This document shows, one piece after another, positions 25,476 to 38,460 of a stretch of DNA of 64,000 bases. Each line of letters begins with the position of its first letter. The first letter of the stretch is position 1. Under the pieces are notes generated by a model. It was not told the origin of the DNA and made no database searches. It was given only the letters and a program-made list of their open reading frames with translations. The translations under genes and the position numbers were made by a program. This stretch comes from Octopus vulgaris (taxonomy: Eukaryota). Location: assembly GCA_951406725.2 (NCBI GenBank), contig OX597821.1, positions 7,068,001 through 7,132,000 of the forward strand. The letters are read 5' to 3'.

Positions 25476-27225
25476 GCGTAGGTTAGTCTTGAAAAACTAC
25501 CGTGAGCATCAAAAGCATATTTGTAAACACTTAGGTGATGAAGAAAAGACAACATCAACTCAATGACTGGTATTTTAATCATTTCGACAAGAACGGGAGA
25601 CAACTTCGGACTTGTCTCAGTCTTATTTCACCTCCTCAATGAATCATATCAATAGGTACTTGCTGAAGTAGTGATGTGAGATTTAATGTTTAAATGTACA
25701 ATATTGTTCAAGGGTAGATGTGAAAAAAACTAGAATATTCATATTAATAAATTATTGAGATTAATTACTTAAAGATAACATCACATGATAAAGCGATAAT
25801 TTAGTTAATATTAACAAATTTAATGTAGTAAGCATAACAGTTTATTTCTCGGGTGTATATTTGTCTAATGGCCGATCTTATTTGCTTGTGAGTTTATTTG
25901 TTTTGCTTATCTGGAGATTTATGAGTCAGAGAGAGTTATGTTGTTTATGGATATTTACCGCTCCATAACGGGATGAAACTTCCTTCTCTGCGCTGTGATG
26001 GAATAGATCCTATACGTGCGTTTGCAACATTAATTAATTTGCTGCGCTTAATTTTTTTAATGAGGTGTTATTTTTCTTAATTCTCATAAATTTGCTGTTA
26101 TCATTTAGAAAGTTGTTAATTTTTCTGAAATTATTATTTTTATCCAGAATTAAACAAATGAATTATTCTTATCTTTTTCTGTTGTTTTTTTTTTAATTTT
26201 GATTTTATGAATGTTTTTAGTCATGAGCAAACTGCCTAAAGGCACCCCTAATGAAAAATTACCTTAAACCTTTTTTACTGCAGCCCGACTAATGACGAAT
26301 CATTTCTCATGCGGTCCGCTTCACGAAAAATGTTACCCACGCTTGATATAGATCTTGCAGAGTTTATTGGAATTTCTAGTTAAGCAGTTTTATTCTTTTT
26401 TGCATAATTATGTGGGTATCTTTATTTACTCGTTTTACCCCGGAGGAAGTATTGACGTTTGTATCAGTCGTTTTTATTATATATTTAAATCGAAGGTTCT
26501 CTAAAAAATTGCTAGAACACTTTTTGAATTTGCCTATTTTGGTTTTGGTCATATTTCCCTCGCAGGTGAAATTTGATTTCAAGATTGAGAAGTGCCATTT
26601 GATCTATATAGAGTTTACGGTAAGAGAGGTTAAGCAATTTATATTCATGTGTAAATAACATTATTTTACTTTTATAAAGTATGTTTAGCTTTTCTATGTT
26701 GTTTCATATTCGACGCGAATGTTATGCCAGTATATTATCGATATCTGTGAGAATATTGCTTAATAAACGCTCTTACTTATTGATTTATCAATATTTTTTT
26801 TCTTTAAATATAGAATCTACAGTAGTAATTTGTTTGTTTGTTTTGTTTTGTTTTTCTATATCGTCTGTTGCTCTGTATATTTGGCATTCGATCAGTTTCT
26901 TCCGGAATTCTGTTGTACATATTTCGTTATTTGCTGAGGTTTTTTATTCCTACATTTTTGTTGACGTATTCGATGAACATGTTTTCATTGAAACTTGTTT
27001 ATTAAAAACACGGCTGGGCTCAGTTTTTTTAAATTCTTTTTTATTGAGACTGTTTTGAAATTCTTTATTAGTACTACGCATTCTGTTAGTAACAATAATG
27101 CACCAGTGTATCATTGACTATGCTATACCTTTGTGGTCAAATCTTACACAGGAAGTAGTGGTGTGTTATCAAAATAGTTATTTTTCACAAGTTCTTATTA
27201 TATCAATCTCTAACAGATAGATATC

Positions 27226-27494
27226 ATTGGACTGCAGCCATGCTGGAGCACCACCTTAAAAGGTTTCTCCCAACAAATCAAACCCCCCAGTACCTATTTC
27301 TTTAAGCCTAGTACTTATTCCAATGATCCCTTTAGTTGAACCGCTAAGTTACGGGACGTAAATAAACTAACACCAATTGTCAAGCGGTGGTGGTAGTGGT
27401 GGCGGTGAGAGATAGACACAAGGAGAATGATACAGACATTCATAGTCATATATATACATACATACATACATACATACATACATACATACATACA

Positions 27495-27525
<31 letters not shown>

Positions 27526-28105
27526 TTATTATTTATTATTCTAGGTGTTGTAATGTTTTTAAAAATATATATATTTCTTAATCGCTAAAGTATTAACTTT
27601 TAACCGTGATGAACTGTATTCACACATTTTTCTTGCATTTTCTTATATGCTTGTATTGATGAGTTGTGTTTCATCTTCCGTGATGTTATAAATGTATATT
27701 CTATGCGAAAGAAAAAGCATTGTGTGATTAAATGTTCGAGATACGAAATGCTACGTGGATGACCTCGTATTTGTTTGTTCTGCAACCATAGTTTAATATA
27801 TTTGCCTCATTCAATTGAGCACTTCTATAGCAGTCCTATTAAACATTTTGTTCCTGATAAGAAGCAATCACTGTATTATAGATACATACATACATACATA
27901 CATACATACATACATACATACATACATACATGTATGTATGTATGTGTGTGACAGGATTCAGTTTCCGTATACCAAATCCACTCACAAGGCTTTGGTTGAC
28001 CCGGGGCTATAGTAGAAGACTCATGCACTAGGTAGAAAACAGTGGGACTAACCCGGAGCCATGAAGTTGTGAAGGGAACTCCGAGTCACACACCTACGCC
28101 TGCAC
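27226..28105 (-). mobile_element. SINE family B, split at its internal (TACA)n tract
   Basis: 3' half at 27226-27420 (ACTGCAGCCATGCTGGAGCACCACCTT...) and 5' half at 27950-28105 (CAAATCCACTCACAAGGCTTTGG...GGGACTAACCCGG). Confidence 0.7.
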
Positions 28106-29967
28106 GTGTTAGATACGTTTAATTTGCCCGTGATTGTCGGCGTTTTTATTTGTTCTCCCACTTCAATATCTTGATACGTTTCTTGTAAGATTTTCATTCA
28201 GATTTAGAATACTTCACCATTAAATTTGACATCCATAAATATTACATTATTGAATTTTTTATGCTGTGCCTCTAACTCAAATTTACCTGCATTCTCGTTG
28301 ATTATCTCCCCTTTTTGGGGGATGCCTTCCAACACATTTTGCAATCTCTCTTATACGTCTGGTATTTTCCCTTCTCACACTCTCTCCTTCTCTCTCTCCC
28401 TCTATCTCTATATATCTATCTATCTATCTATCTATCCCCCCCCTCTCACTCTTTTTCTATATATATATATATATATATATACATATATATCCCGCTCGCT
28501 CATTCACTCACTCGTTTCTCACTACTCTTAATCTTTCCATTCAGTACAACCAAAGGATCGTGCACAAATTGCAAGACTTCCTTTTCCTCATTGTCAACAC
28601 ATTTATTCCGTCTTTGAGCCGTTTAGAAAGTTGGTGCCATCTAGAAATCTTTAGTTTCATGAAAATGCATATACTGACTATATTTCTTCCTTGGCAAAAT
28701 TTGAAAGAATCATGCGACAGATCTCAGGCTACTTCTCACACACCTACGATTTTTATCCTTCTTTAGTCCAGAATTAACGTCATTAGTTCTCTTTATTACC
28801 AAGTTTTTCTAATTTTACTTGGATTAAGAAATTTTGCTGTATTCTCGATTTTAGAGCCACTGTCCTCTGCTGGGAACCACTCTCCTCAGCCATTTCTCTT
28901 TTAACATTGTTCATCATATTACCTCTATATATACCCACATTATTTTCTTTGTATACTTTCCCGCTTCTTCTTTTGGCTATTTTGATAAAGAACAAATTAT
29001 CCGAAACGTCAGCATATTTTTCTTTCCTTCTCGAACGTTATGCACTGACTTTGTATCGTGGTTCATTTTACATTTTGACGGCTTAGAAAGTGTTTCGTGC
29101 AGTTCTTGTTATCGTTGTTGCTGTTAACTCTTGCTGGTAAATAGTCTTTCCGTTACATACAACAATGACGGAGATCAAATCCAGCTTGCATACATTCTGG
29201 AATTCGTACATACATGGACGTGCCTATTTACGTACATCTATGTGTATGTACGAGTATGTACACGTAAGTATATACGCTTGTATGTGTTGTGTGTGTGTGT
29301 GCGCATGCGTTGCAAACTTAAATTCAGTATATTAATGCAAAATACATAGACCAGTTACCATGTAAACAGACAGTCTCCTCAAGATATATTGAAGAGGATT
29401 CTCATTTTAATTAATAATTATGTGTCTGTCCAAACACACATACCTACGTCAATATACACAGAAAAAAATCCAAGGAAACAGTGAATGCATATATAAATGT
29501 GTGTGTGTGCACGCATGCGCGTACGTGTGTTAGTCTATTAGTTTGCTTATCTGTCTCCTCATTGAGTGACAATGAATGCCTCTACCTATCGATCCTATTG
29601 ATGTATCCATCTATATATGCATACACAGTTAGGCGTATGTGTATGTTTATGTACACATATGTATTTATGTGTTTGTGTGTGTACGTGTGTATGTGTATGT
29701 ATATATGTATATATATATATGTGTGCGTGTGTTTGTGTGTGTACGTGTATGTGTGTATGTGTGTATGTGTGTGAATATATAGACAGATAGACTGATAGAT
29801 AGATAGATAGACAGACAGACAAACAGATAGATAGATAGATAAGTAGGTAGATAAGTAAATATAGATACATTTATGTATGTGTGTTTATACGTGTGTGTAT
29901 GCATATATATGTGTATATATACATCTATATATGCGTGTGTGCATGTATATATATATATGTATATATC

Positions 29968-29999
<32 letters not shown>

Positions 30000-30765
30000 T
30001 ATGCAAATATATATATGTGTGTGTATGTGTGTGTATGTGTGTGTGTGTGTGTGCGTGTGTGTGTGTGTGTGTGTGCGTGTGTAGAAATGAATGTATGCGT
30101 ACGTGTGTATTTGTATCTATGTCCAAATATGTCCAATTATAACGTGCAGATCAAAGTAATTAATTGAATGTCACATTGTAATCTAACTCTGATAGCTCTT
30201 ACGGCATTGATCTCGTACTACGACGACCGCTGCAGTCGGTGTAGCGCTGGAACATCTCCTCTTGACACCTAGGCAACTACAAAATACCCCCCAAACATGA
30301 GCCAGCAAAGGAGCTTCAGCATGGTCATGCAACCAACAAGTTAGAAATAGAAGCTAAATCTCTTTCTCGTGTCACAACTTGGTCGTCTTGGACGGAATTT
30401 TTGTGAACGGAGTGAAAGCCTGACAGTAAATGGTTTCTCGGTTGAACTAACTTGGGCCAGGGCTACAGGAATTGTATATCAGAGTGAATACCTTTGTACG
30501 TCCATTTTCTTTTCTTCGGAAAGGGTAAATAGGTATCATGCAGATATCTTGGTAGGAGATTGTAACCTACTATCGACGATGAGAGAATTTCCGGAACTAA
30601 TACGCATATACACACATACGTACATACATACACGCAAGACTATGCATATATACATATATATACATATATATATGTATATATACATATATATATATATAGT
30701 CAATTCAAACAAGAACAAGCAAGAAAAAAAAAGCAAGGCAAGGACGTGGAATAAGTACTGTGCTT

Positions 30766-30809
<44 letters not shown>

Positions 30810-30941
30810 GATACATACATACATACATACATACACACATACATACATACACACATACATACATACATACATACATACATACATACATACATACATACAT
30901 ACATACATACATACATACATACATACAGATAGACAGATATA

Positions 30942-31208
30942 AGCGTGGCCTAGTGGTTAAGGTATTCGGCTTACGATCGTAAGTTACTGAGTTCGATTCC
31001 CGGCTGCGCGTTTTCTCCTTGAGCAAGACTCTCTATTTCATGTTGCTCCAGTCCACATAGCCTTGTCACATTCTTTGTAACGTCAAATCTCCAAGCAGAA
31101 CCACGTATCTGTGGAGTGCTCAACCACTTGCACGTTAATTTCACGAGTAGGTAGTTCCGTTAGCCGGAACGACTGGAACCCTCGGTGTCGTAGTCGACGA
31201 ACTGTGAG
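30942..31208 (+). mobile_element. tRNA-headed SINE (family C-related)
   Basis: GCGTGGCCTAGTGGTTAAGG...GAGTTCGATTCCCGG, CORE-like CCTTGAGCAAGAC, and a 3' part shared with 31538-31917. Confidence 0.75.
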
Positions 31209-31209
31209 T

Positions 31210-31240
<31 letters not shown>

Positions 31241-31242
31241 AT

Positions 31243-31405
31243 ATATTAATTGGCTAAAACTGCAAAGACGATCTGCTTCTCGACTGAAGATTGAAAGTTC
31301 CGAATGACCCGTTCTTGATTTTTCCTGTATTTTTTTGCATTCCCTACTGTCCGAATGTTTTGTTGTCGCCTGTTACGTTCTTGGTCCCTTTTTTTGTTTT
31401 GATTA
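31243..31405 (+). mobile_element. TA-associated repeat, homologous to 46617-46840 (-)
   Basis: Shared GACTGA.GA...TTC.GAAT.AC.CGT.CTTG.TTT and GTTTTGTTGTC...CGTTCTTG.TCCC blocks. Confidence 0.55.
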
Positions 31406-31477
31406 TATACATGGCGGGGCCCCAGCATGGCCACAGCTCGTGAGCTGAAACTAGATAAAATAAAAATATGTGTGTGA

Positions 31478-31537
<60 letters not shown>

Positions 31538-31543
<6 letters not shown>

Positions 31544-31917
31544 CGATGGCCCAGTGGTGAGGGCAGCGGACTTGCGGTCGTAGAATCGTGGTTTCGATTC
31601 CCAGACCGGGCGTTGTGAGTTTATTGTGAGTGTTTACATCTCTGCGAGGCTCTGGCAGGTGGGGGGGATTGCGAACCCTGCTGCACTCTCTCTCTCTCAA
31701 CAATTTTCTCTCACTCTTTCTTCCTGTTTCTGTTGTACCTGTATTTCAAAAGGTCAGCCTCATCACACTCTGTGTCATGCTGAATCTCCCTGAGAACTAC
31801 GTTAAGGGTACACGTGACTGTGGAGTGCTCAGCCACTTGCGCATTAATTTCACGAGCAGGCTGTTCCGTTGATTGGATCAACTGGAACCTTCGTCGTCGT
31901 AACCGACGGAGCGCCAC
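31538..31917 (+). mobile_element. tRNA-headed SINE family C
   Basis: GAGGCGCGATGGCCCAGTGGTGAGGGCAGCGGACTTGCGGTC...GGTTTCGATTCCCAGACCGGGCG head, also found at 49860 and 50755. Confidence 0.85.
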
Positions 31918-31922
31918 ATGTA

Positions 31923-31961
<39 letters not shown>

Positions 31962-31986
31962 ATCACGTGATATATATATATATATA

Positions 31987-32022
<36 letters not shown>

Positions 32023-32025
32023 CAC

Positions 32026-32069
<44 letters not shown>

Positions 32070-32361
32070 CCATTATTAAAGGTTGCTATTTCAAAATAGA
32101 TAGCTTAACACTTAACCTTTACTTAGAACCCCTTGTAAATTCATGTATGTCCAATCAGTTTATTAAACACAAAACGTTCTCAGATTTTCGATTATTATTT
32201 ATATTCATTTTAAACAGAGTGCAGAATGCTTAAACAAGAGCAGAATGAAAGTGGAGATTTGGTTACAAAAACAGTCGTGATAACATCATAAACTGTATAA
32301 ACTTTACGCGTATTTCACTAGCATTTACTAGGGTGTCATTCGGTAATCATTACGTAGACGG

Positions 32362-32406
<45 letters not shown>

Positions 32407-32410
<4 letters not shown>

Positions 32411-33472
32411 TTGAGTTGTGGGGTATCGCACGAGTGGGATTATATAAGAAAAAAGGTTTGAAAATGCAATTTAAACGATGTTTATTTACTTAACCGGTTT
32501 CACTCTTTGGTAAAAGATTGTCAAAAGTTACATTTAAGGAAACATTGAATAATATGGGTTCAAAAAAGTTTTTTACATAATTGTCACATTGAATATTATG
32601 CATTCAAAAAAGTTTTTTACATAATTGTCACATTGGATATTATGAATTCAAAAATGTTTTTTTATACATAATTGTCACATTACATGTATAAATATAGTGT
32701 TTGGTAACAGAGAAGTTCAATAGTGTGATGAGAATATTTGGGAAAATTTGGCAGAAAAGGATAAAACAAATATATTATTGGGAATTGGTTGCGTTAATTA
32801 TTGGTTGTCGCAAATTGTCATTTTTTGTACATCTCAGAATATTTTAAGTATGTTTTTACTGACCTGTCAGTATTAGCAGAAAGGCTGAACTGAGAGAACA
32901 GAAGAAGTAGCCAATGTGGTGTATACTTCCCCTTTATGCATGAATGATTTTGGGGTTATCAGGAGGTTAGTATGCGGGTGTGAATAGATGTGTCCGTGCC
33001 TGCTGGTCAGATAGCGTCTGTTTGACAAAAATCCATTTTAATTTTTGCTGTCAAAACGCTGTATATATATACCAAAGATTGTATATATATACATGTAATG
33101 TGACAATTTGCGACAACCAATAATTAACGCAACCAATTCCCAATAATATATTTGTTTTATCCTTTTCTGCCAAATTTTCCCAAATATTCTCATCACACTA
33201 TTGAACTTCTCTGTTACCAAACACTATATTTATACATGTAATGTGACAATTATGTATAAAAAAACATTTTTGAATTCATAATATCCAATGTGACAATTAT
33301 GTAGAAAACTTTTTTGAATGCATAATATTCAATGTGACAATTATGTAAAAAACTTTTTTGAACCCATATTATTCAATGTTTCCTTAAATGTAACTTTTGA
33401 CAATCTTTTACCAAAAAGTGAAACCGGTTAAGTAAATAAACATCGTTTAAATTGCATTTTCAAACCTTTTTT

Positions 33473-33480
<8 letters not shown>
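32407..33480. mobile_element. (TA)n-embedded fold-back element with 380-bp near-perfect inverted arms (PLE-type inverted pseudo-LTR architecture)
   Basis: 32441-32820 is the reverse complement of 33101-33480 (2 mismatches seen), with a 280-bp spacer. Each arm holds three tandem repeats of about 40 bp and a hammerhead-like motif. (TA)n lies on both flanks. Confidence 0.85.
33393..33433 (+). ncRNA. Variant minimal type I hammerhead-like motif (U3-A8 core); mirror copy at 32488-32528 (-)
   Basis: ACTT-TTGACAA-T CTTTT ACCA AAAAG T-GAAA-CCGG-TT-AAGT: helix I ACTT/AAGT, palindromic helix III ACCGGT, GUU site. Confidence 0.45.
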
Positions 33481-33547
<67 letters not shown>

Positions 33548-33552
33548 GGAGG

Positions 33553-33680
33553 GAATGGTTGTATACTGTCAATCTAACACGAACGTGATATCAGGAGGCG
33601 TCGATGCTTCCTAGGGCTAAACAGCAGTGGTGCAACCCCTACAGTCACGTTCGTGTTAGATTGACAGTATACAACCATTC
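33553..33680. repeat. Perfect 36-bp inverted repeat with a 56-bp spacer
   Basis: GAATGGTTGTATACTGTCAATCTAACACGAACGTGA (33553-33588) and its exact reverse complement (33645-33680). Confidence 0.95.
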
Positions 33681-33736
33681 TATCGCCCCACCACCGTACA
33701 TGTCTCTATGAGAGATTTAGAAATTTAGTATTTCTG

Positions 33737-33794
<58 letters not shown>

Positions 33795-33795
<1 letters not shown>

Positions 33796-34790
33796 TCTTT
33801 TATTCTTTTATTTATTTCAGTCATTTGACTGCCGCCATGCAGGAGCACCGCCTTTAGTCAAAATAATCGACTCCGGGACTTATTCTTTGTAAGTCTAAAA
33901 CTTATTCTATCGGTCTTTTTGTCGAACCGTTAAATTAGGGGAACATAAATACACCAACATCGGTTGTTAGGCGATTGTGGGGGGACAAACACAGACACAC
34001 AAACAGTTTCCATCTACCGGATCCACTCACAAGGCTTTGGTCGACCAGAGGCTGAAGCATAAGACACTTGCCCAAGATGCCACGCAGTGGGACTGAACCC
34101 GGAACCATGTGGTTGGTAAGCAAGTTACTTTATTTCATGAAAATTCGCCATTAAGGCGTTACATAGAGGGGACATACAAATACAGACAAACATATGGGGT
34201 GTAGTAGCTTAAAACGTTTTAGTATTTACAATATAATGTGTACAATATTTACAATATAATGTGTACAATATTTACAATATAATGTTTACAAATTTAATAT
34301 TACACAGTGGGGCAAGGAACCCAGCCATCTGGGTAGAACCTTTACTTCTTGATCCGGCCACACTTACCTGGTGCCAAATATACCCAGCTTGCAAGCTACA
34401 GACTTCCATCTTTTCACAAACATATCTCGTGACAGACACATCTTCTCTAGCCTGATCTTACTACCGAGGTGGTAACTAAAAAAGTTAACCAGCCCCTTGC
34501 CGGATACAAAGGTACCTGTCACTATACCTTTCGTACGCGTCTTCCATACTGTTTCTTTCAGTATGGCTACTACGCAGGAAAAACAAGCCTTCCTTTCCCT
34601 GCTGAGGAAGGGAGGTGGCACAATCTCAATGATAGACTCCGTTGATAGCTGTACTCTTCCATTCACTGAGAACAGTTGTTCGGCAAAAGCAATCAGTCCC
34701 GATAACTCCGGGCACTCCACGGGACTGATTGCTTTTGCCGAACAACTGTTCTCAGTGAATGAAGCTACTTACCACACAACCACTCCTATA
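33795..34790 (-). mobile_element. SINE family B, nearly full-length, interrupted by a LINE insertion
   Basis: The body at 33795-34130 ends at GGTTGGTAAGCAAGTTACTT and resumes at 34762 with AAGCTACTTACCACACAACCACTCC. Confidence 0.9.
34131..34761 (-). mobile_element. 5'-truncated L1/Tx1-type LINE 3' end with a 5' fold-back inversion and a TSD of about 9 bp
   Basis: ORF 34364..34720 (ECP...KETVWKTRTK...F..RW) resembles the C-terminus of L1/Tx1-clade ORF2 after the zinc knuckle (from memory). The 3' UTR ends in AATAAA. TSD is AAGTTACTT (34122-34130) / AAGCTACTT (34762-34770). Confidence 0.65.
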
Positions 34791-35433
34791 TATTCACCTC
34801 CTGACATTTTATGGTATATAAGGCGAAGGACTAAAATTAATCAAAGGACATATTAAGTGTATGTACCTGCTAGAAATAACAGCCAAAACTCTTATTTAAA
34901 TCGCCAAAATATACTGATAATAGTTACAGAAATCAATCGTCCGAAGGCAAATGGGCTAAGACAATCTCCCAACGTACATTCAAGTATTTGGACTCACGTG
35001 GACCGGTTCCTGCACTGGCAAAATAGCCTCAGCTTCCTCAGCACGCGTTACCATGATAGAGACTCCCAACCCGTCGTGTTGAAGTCTGGGCAGCGAGGTA
35101 AGAGAGGCGAATATATTTATTTAACCACTTGTTATCCCTAGGATAGTTAAAAGTAAATTTCGGCGACTCATCAATCTGTAGTTTCTCCATCGTTGTCCGT
35201 GAGCCGTCGTGTAGATCGTGATGATGACTATGAACGAGAGGATAATGTCCCGCATCCGCCAGGTAACTCTCATTCCACCATCATTCCTCATGCAATATTC
35301 AGAATCTTTTAGAATAAGGACGTTCCTTGTTACGATATAACAATTCTTAATCATTCTCTAACCATCCTAGCGCATCTCTCTTCAAGTAATTTTCATTTGT
35401 ACATATTGTACAGTGTACATTTAGAAATTATCA

Positions 35434-35831
35434 TCTTTATATATAAAAGAGAAGTTGTGTGTCTGTCTCCTACGATTTAGATTCCTAACTACTCCCACAT
35501 TTTGCGGTGCAGTTTAACCAAAAGCGGGTATCTTATAGTCGTGATTCATATCGAGCCCTTCTGGGTATTAGCGCGCGTCTACGATGAATCTACGATTTTA
35601 AAAAAAATTTACCATCATTTTTTCCATTTTAATGCATTTTTTTCGCTATTATATAAGGGAAGTAATTCTCTAAAAATGTCTACGATGAGTCAACGATTTT
35701 TAAAAAGATTTACCATCATTTGTTTTCCATTTTTAATGCATTTTTTGGCTATTTTTTGGCTATAACTCTCTAAAAATGCTTATATAGTTATTTCCCTTAC
35801 AAACCCGAGCAACGCCGGGCGATACTGCTAG
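35434..35831 (+). mobile_element. Non-autonomous Helitron
   Basis: Inserted between A and T; 5' TCTTTATATATAAAA; subterminal hairpin CCCGAGCAACGCCGGG (35804-35819); 3' CTAG; internal tandem duplication of about 100 bp (35577-35780). Confidence 0.85.
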
Positions 35832-36250
35832 TTTTCATATATAAAGAGAGGTCGCGCTGCTTGTTTCTTGCTGTCTCCCCCAAAAGATTAGTCACAACGT
35901 ATTAACTTTTTTTAGCATTCTCTTTACGAGATTTCACAGTAAGTTTTCAGCAACACTTTATTCCTTTAATTAGGTGTGTGTGTGTATGTGTGTGCGTGTA
36001 TTCATATGTATATATAGAGATAGAGATATATAAATATAGACATAGTGTATACAAGGCTAACTTTAACGGCTTTCTGTATTATCAAATAGCTAGAATGACT
36101 TCTTCACGAGGTAATTGAAATGTCATGCTTGTATGTGGGTCCGCGCGCGAGGGTATGTGTGAGAGAGCGCGTGCGCACGGTTTTATGAGACCCACACGAC
36201 TTCGACAGATTATATCTCAACTTATCTCCATAGCAGTATAACTCACAAAA

Positions 36251-36318
<68 letters not shown>

Positions 36319-36321
36319 TAC

Positions 36322-36477
<156 letters not shown>

Positions 36478-36586
36478 GTATATATTTAGGTAATTACAGA
36501 AGTAATTAAAAATGAATCGAGATTGCAACATTAGTCTCTAGTGAGAAATTTAACGGACAGAAAAATCTGATACACCATATCAAAGA

Positions 36587-36661
<75 letters not shown>

Positions 36662-37587
36662 TGCGTGTGTGTGAAAAGAAAATATTAATTTAAATTTATA
36701 TTAAAAAATCTTTAAATAATCATAAATTTTTTTTTCTGTATAATTTTTTTAATTAAAAATTATTTTCTCAAATATTGTGACTATCAACAACTTTTACTTA
36801 GAAAACATACAGACTTAGACACTGATGCACATAAATGTGAGTATATATATATATATATATATATATAAAGTGTGTGAACGTTTGTGTGTATATTAATGAA
36901 TGTATGCATATTTACGTGTATATGCACATATGTATCTATGTGTGTACGCGTAATTTTTATAGCTGAGAAGCAACGTCATTGACATAGAGTTGCGTGCCAA
37001 AGTATTTTTCAATGTCGGAGCCCTCCACAGTTTTCAAGTTAATGGCTGGTTGTCAGACGAGTATGTATTACACGATTTGCTAAATTTACCGCTGTTTATT
37101 CCCTATAGATTTTTTTCACCATTATGCAATCTGTACAATATTAATCAAAGATCAAACAAACGAAATCACTCGACAAATATTGAAAAAGAATGTAATATAA
37201 GCAATTTAATTTTCCAGCTTCTACAAAAGAAAGAAGGGAAAAAAATCAATAATTATAATAATAGTAGTTGTAATAATTGCTGCAGATTTATGTTCAAGGC
37301 CAGCGATTTTGAGGGAAACGGATTTACTTGATGCTATCGACTTCGGTATTTGATTCATAGTTTAGTCTTTGTTCCCGAATGAAGGTAAAGTTGATTTTGA
37401 CGGGATTTGGAGTTCAATTAGCCAAACTATAACTAAGCATTTCGACTGACGCTCTAACGATTCTGTCAGTTCGACCACAGGATTTATGGAAGGAAGAACA
37501 AATTATTAAATCTATCCCAGTCTTTGGTAACGTATCTTATCGAACTTAGGAGAATAGAAAGGTAAAACCCTACCTTTTATTCCCTCA

Positions 37588-37618
<31 letters not shown>

Positions 37619-37689
37619 TCATCTCCGTCTTCTATAAAAATATTTACTCCCATCCCAACCCACACCATGCCCTCCATCTCTTATTCTCC

Positions 37690-38460
37690 CTTTGTTCGTC
37701 TCGGGAACCTCTGCAAAAGTAACCATGATTTCGAAACGCAGTTCCAACTAATGGCCCACAGCTACGCCCATCATGGTTAACCACTCTGCCCTTTCCTGAG
37801 CCCTTGTGGTTGATAGCACCTCAGCCCTTACACCTCGCGTCCAGCTCCCATCCACCGCATCCCCCTTTTCCTCTCAGTTATCATCCTTTCACTCCGCCTC
37901 TTCAATCTGACCCTGTCACCTTCCCTTTATCCTACCTCCCACTCATTCTCTGCTTCAGGCGCAGCCGTGACCTCCGTAGATTCCTCGTTCGTCCACAGCA
38001 CTTTCTCTCTCCATCCACCTCCATCGCAGATCTCTCCTTTGTTTTCGCTCTCGCTGTCATACCAGCATTTTCCTTTTTCATACCACCTCCCTTACTGGAC
38101 CCAACCATCACACCTTCCACATCACAGGCACATTCCACTGGATCTCAACCGACCTCATCTACGCACGCCATTGTTCTTTCAGTGATCTCTTTTGCATCGA
38201 GCAAAGTGATCATCGACTGGCTGAGATTCGTGGAGCACCTGGGATGCGTCCGACTGGGCAACGGATCGCCTGTCTCTCGTCATTTCCGCTCCGCCAACCA
38301 CCCAACCCAACACTCCTCGATTTGGCGGTTGGTCACCTTCCCTGGCTCTCCCACCAGTTACGTCCAGAGGGAACAGCAGCTCATTTTCGTCTTCAAACTC
38401 TTTTGGCTTTTGGCTTTTGGCTACAATTCTTCTTCCCAATTTCTCTAAACTCTTCTCCTA
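37690..38460 (+). pseudogene. Decayed Penelope-like element 3' part (GIY-YIG endonuclease)
   Basis: [17 protein letters not shown] and [19 protein letters not shown]...REQQLIF match the pattern of PLE GIY-YIG domains; a pyrimidine-rich tail and (TA)n follow. Confidence 0.7.

Noticed and set aside
26370-27200. A-rich minus strand that may be a decayed PLE endonuclease region
   Set aside because: Only scattered 3-4 residue matches; no continuous motif.
31538-31612. tRNA gene candidates (also 30942, 49860, 50755)
   Set aside because: They run directly into shared SINE bodies and have imperfect arms; they are SINE heads, not tRNA genes.
32558-32682. Three direct repeats of about 40 bp, superficially CRISPR-like
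   Set aside because: The repeats are contiguous with no unique spacers, there are no cas genes, and the context is eukaryotic.
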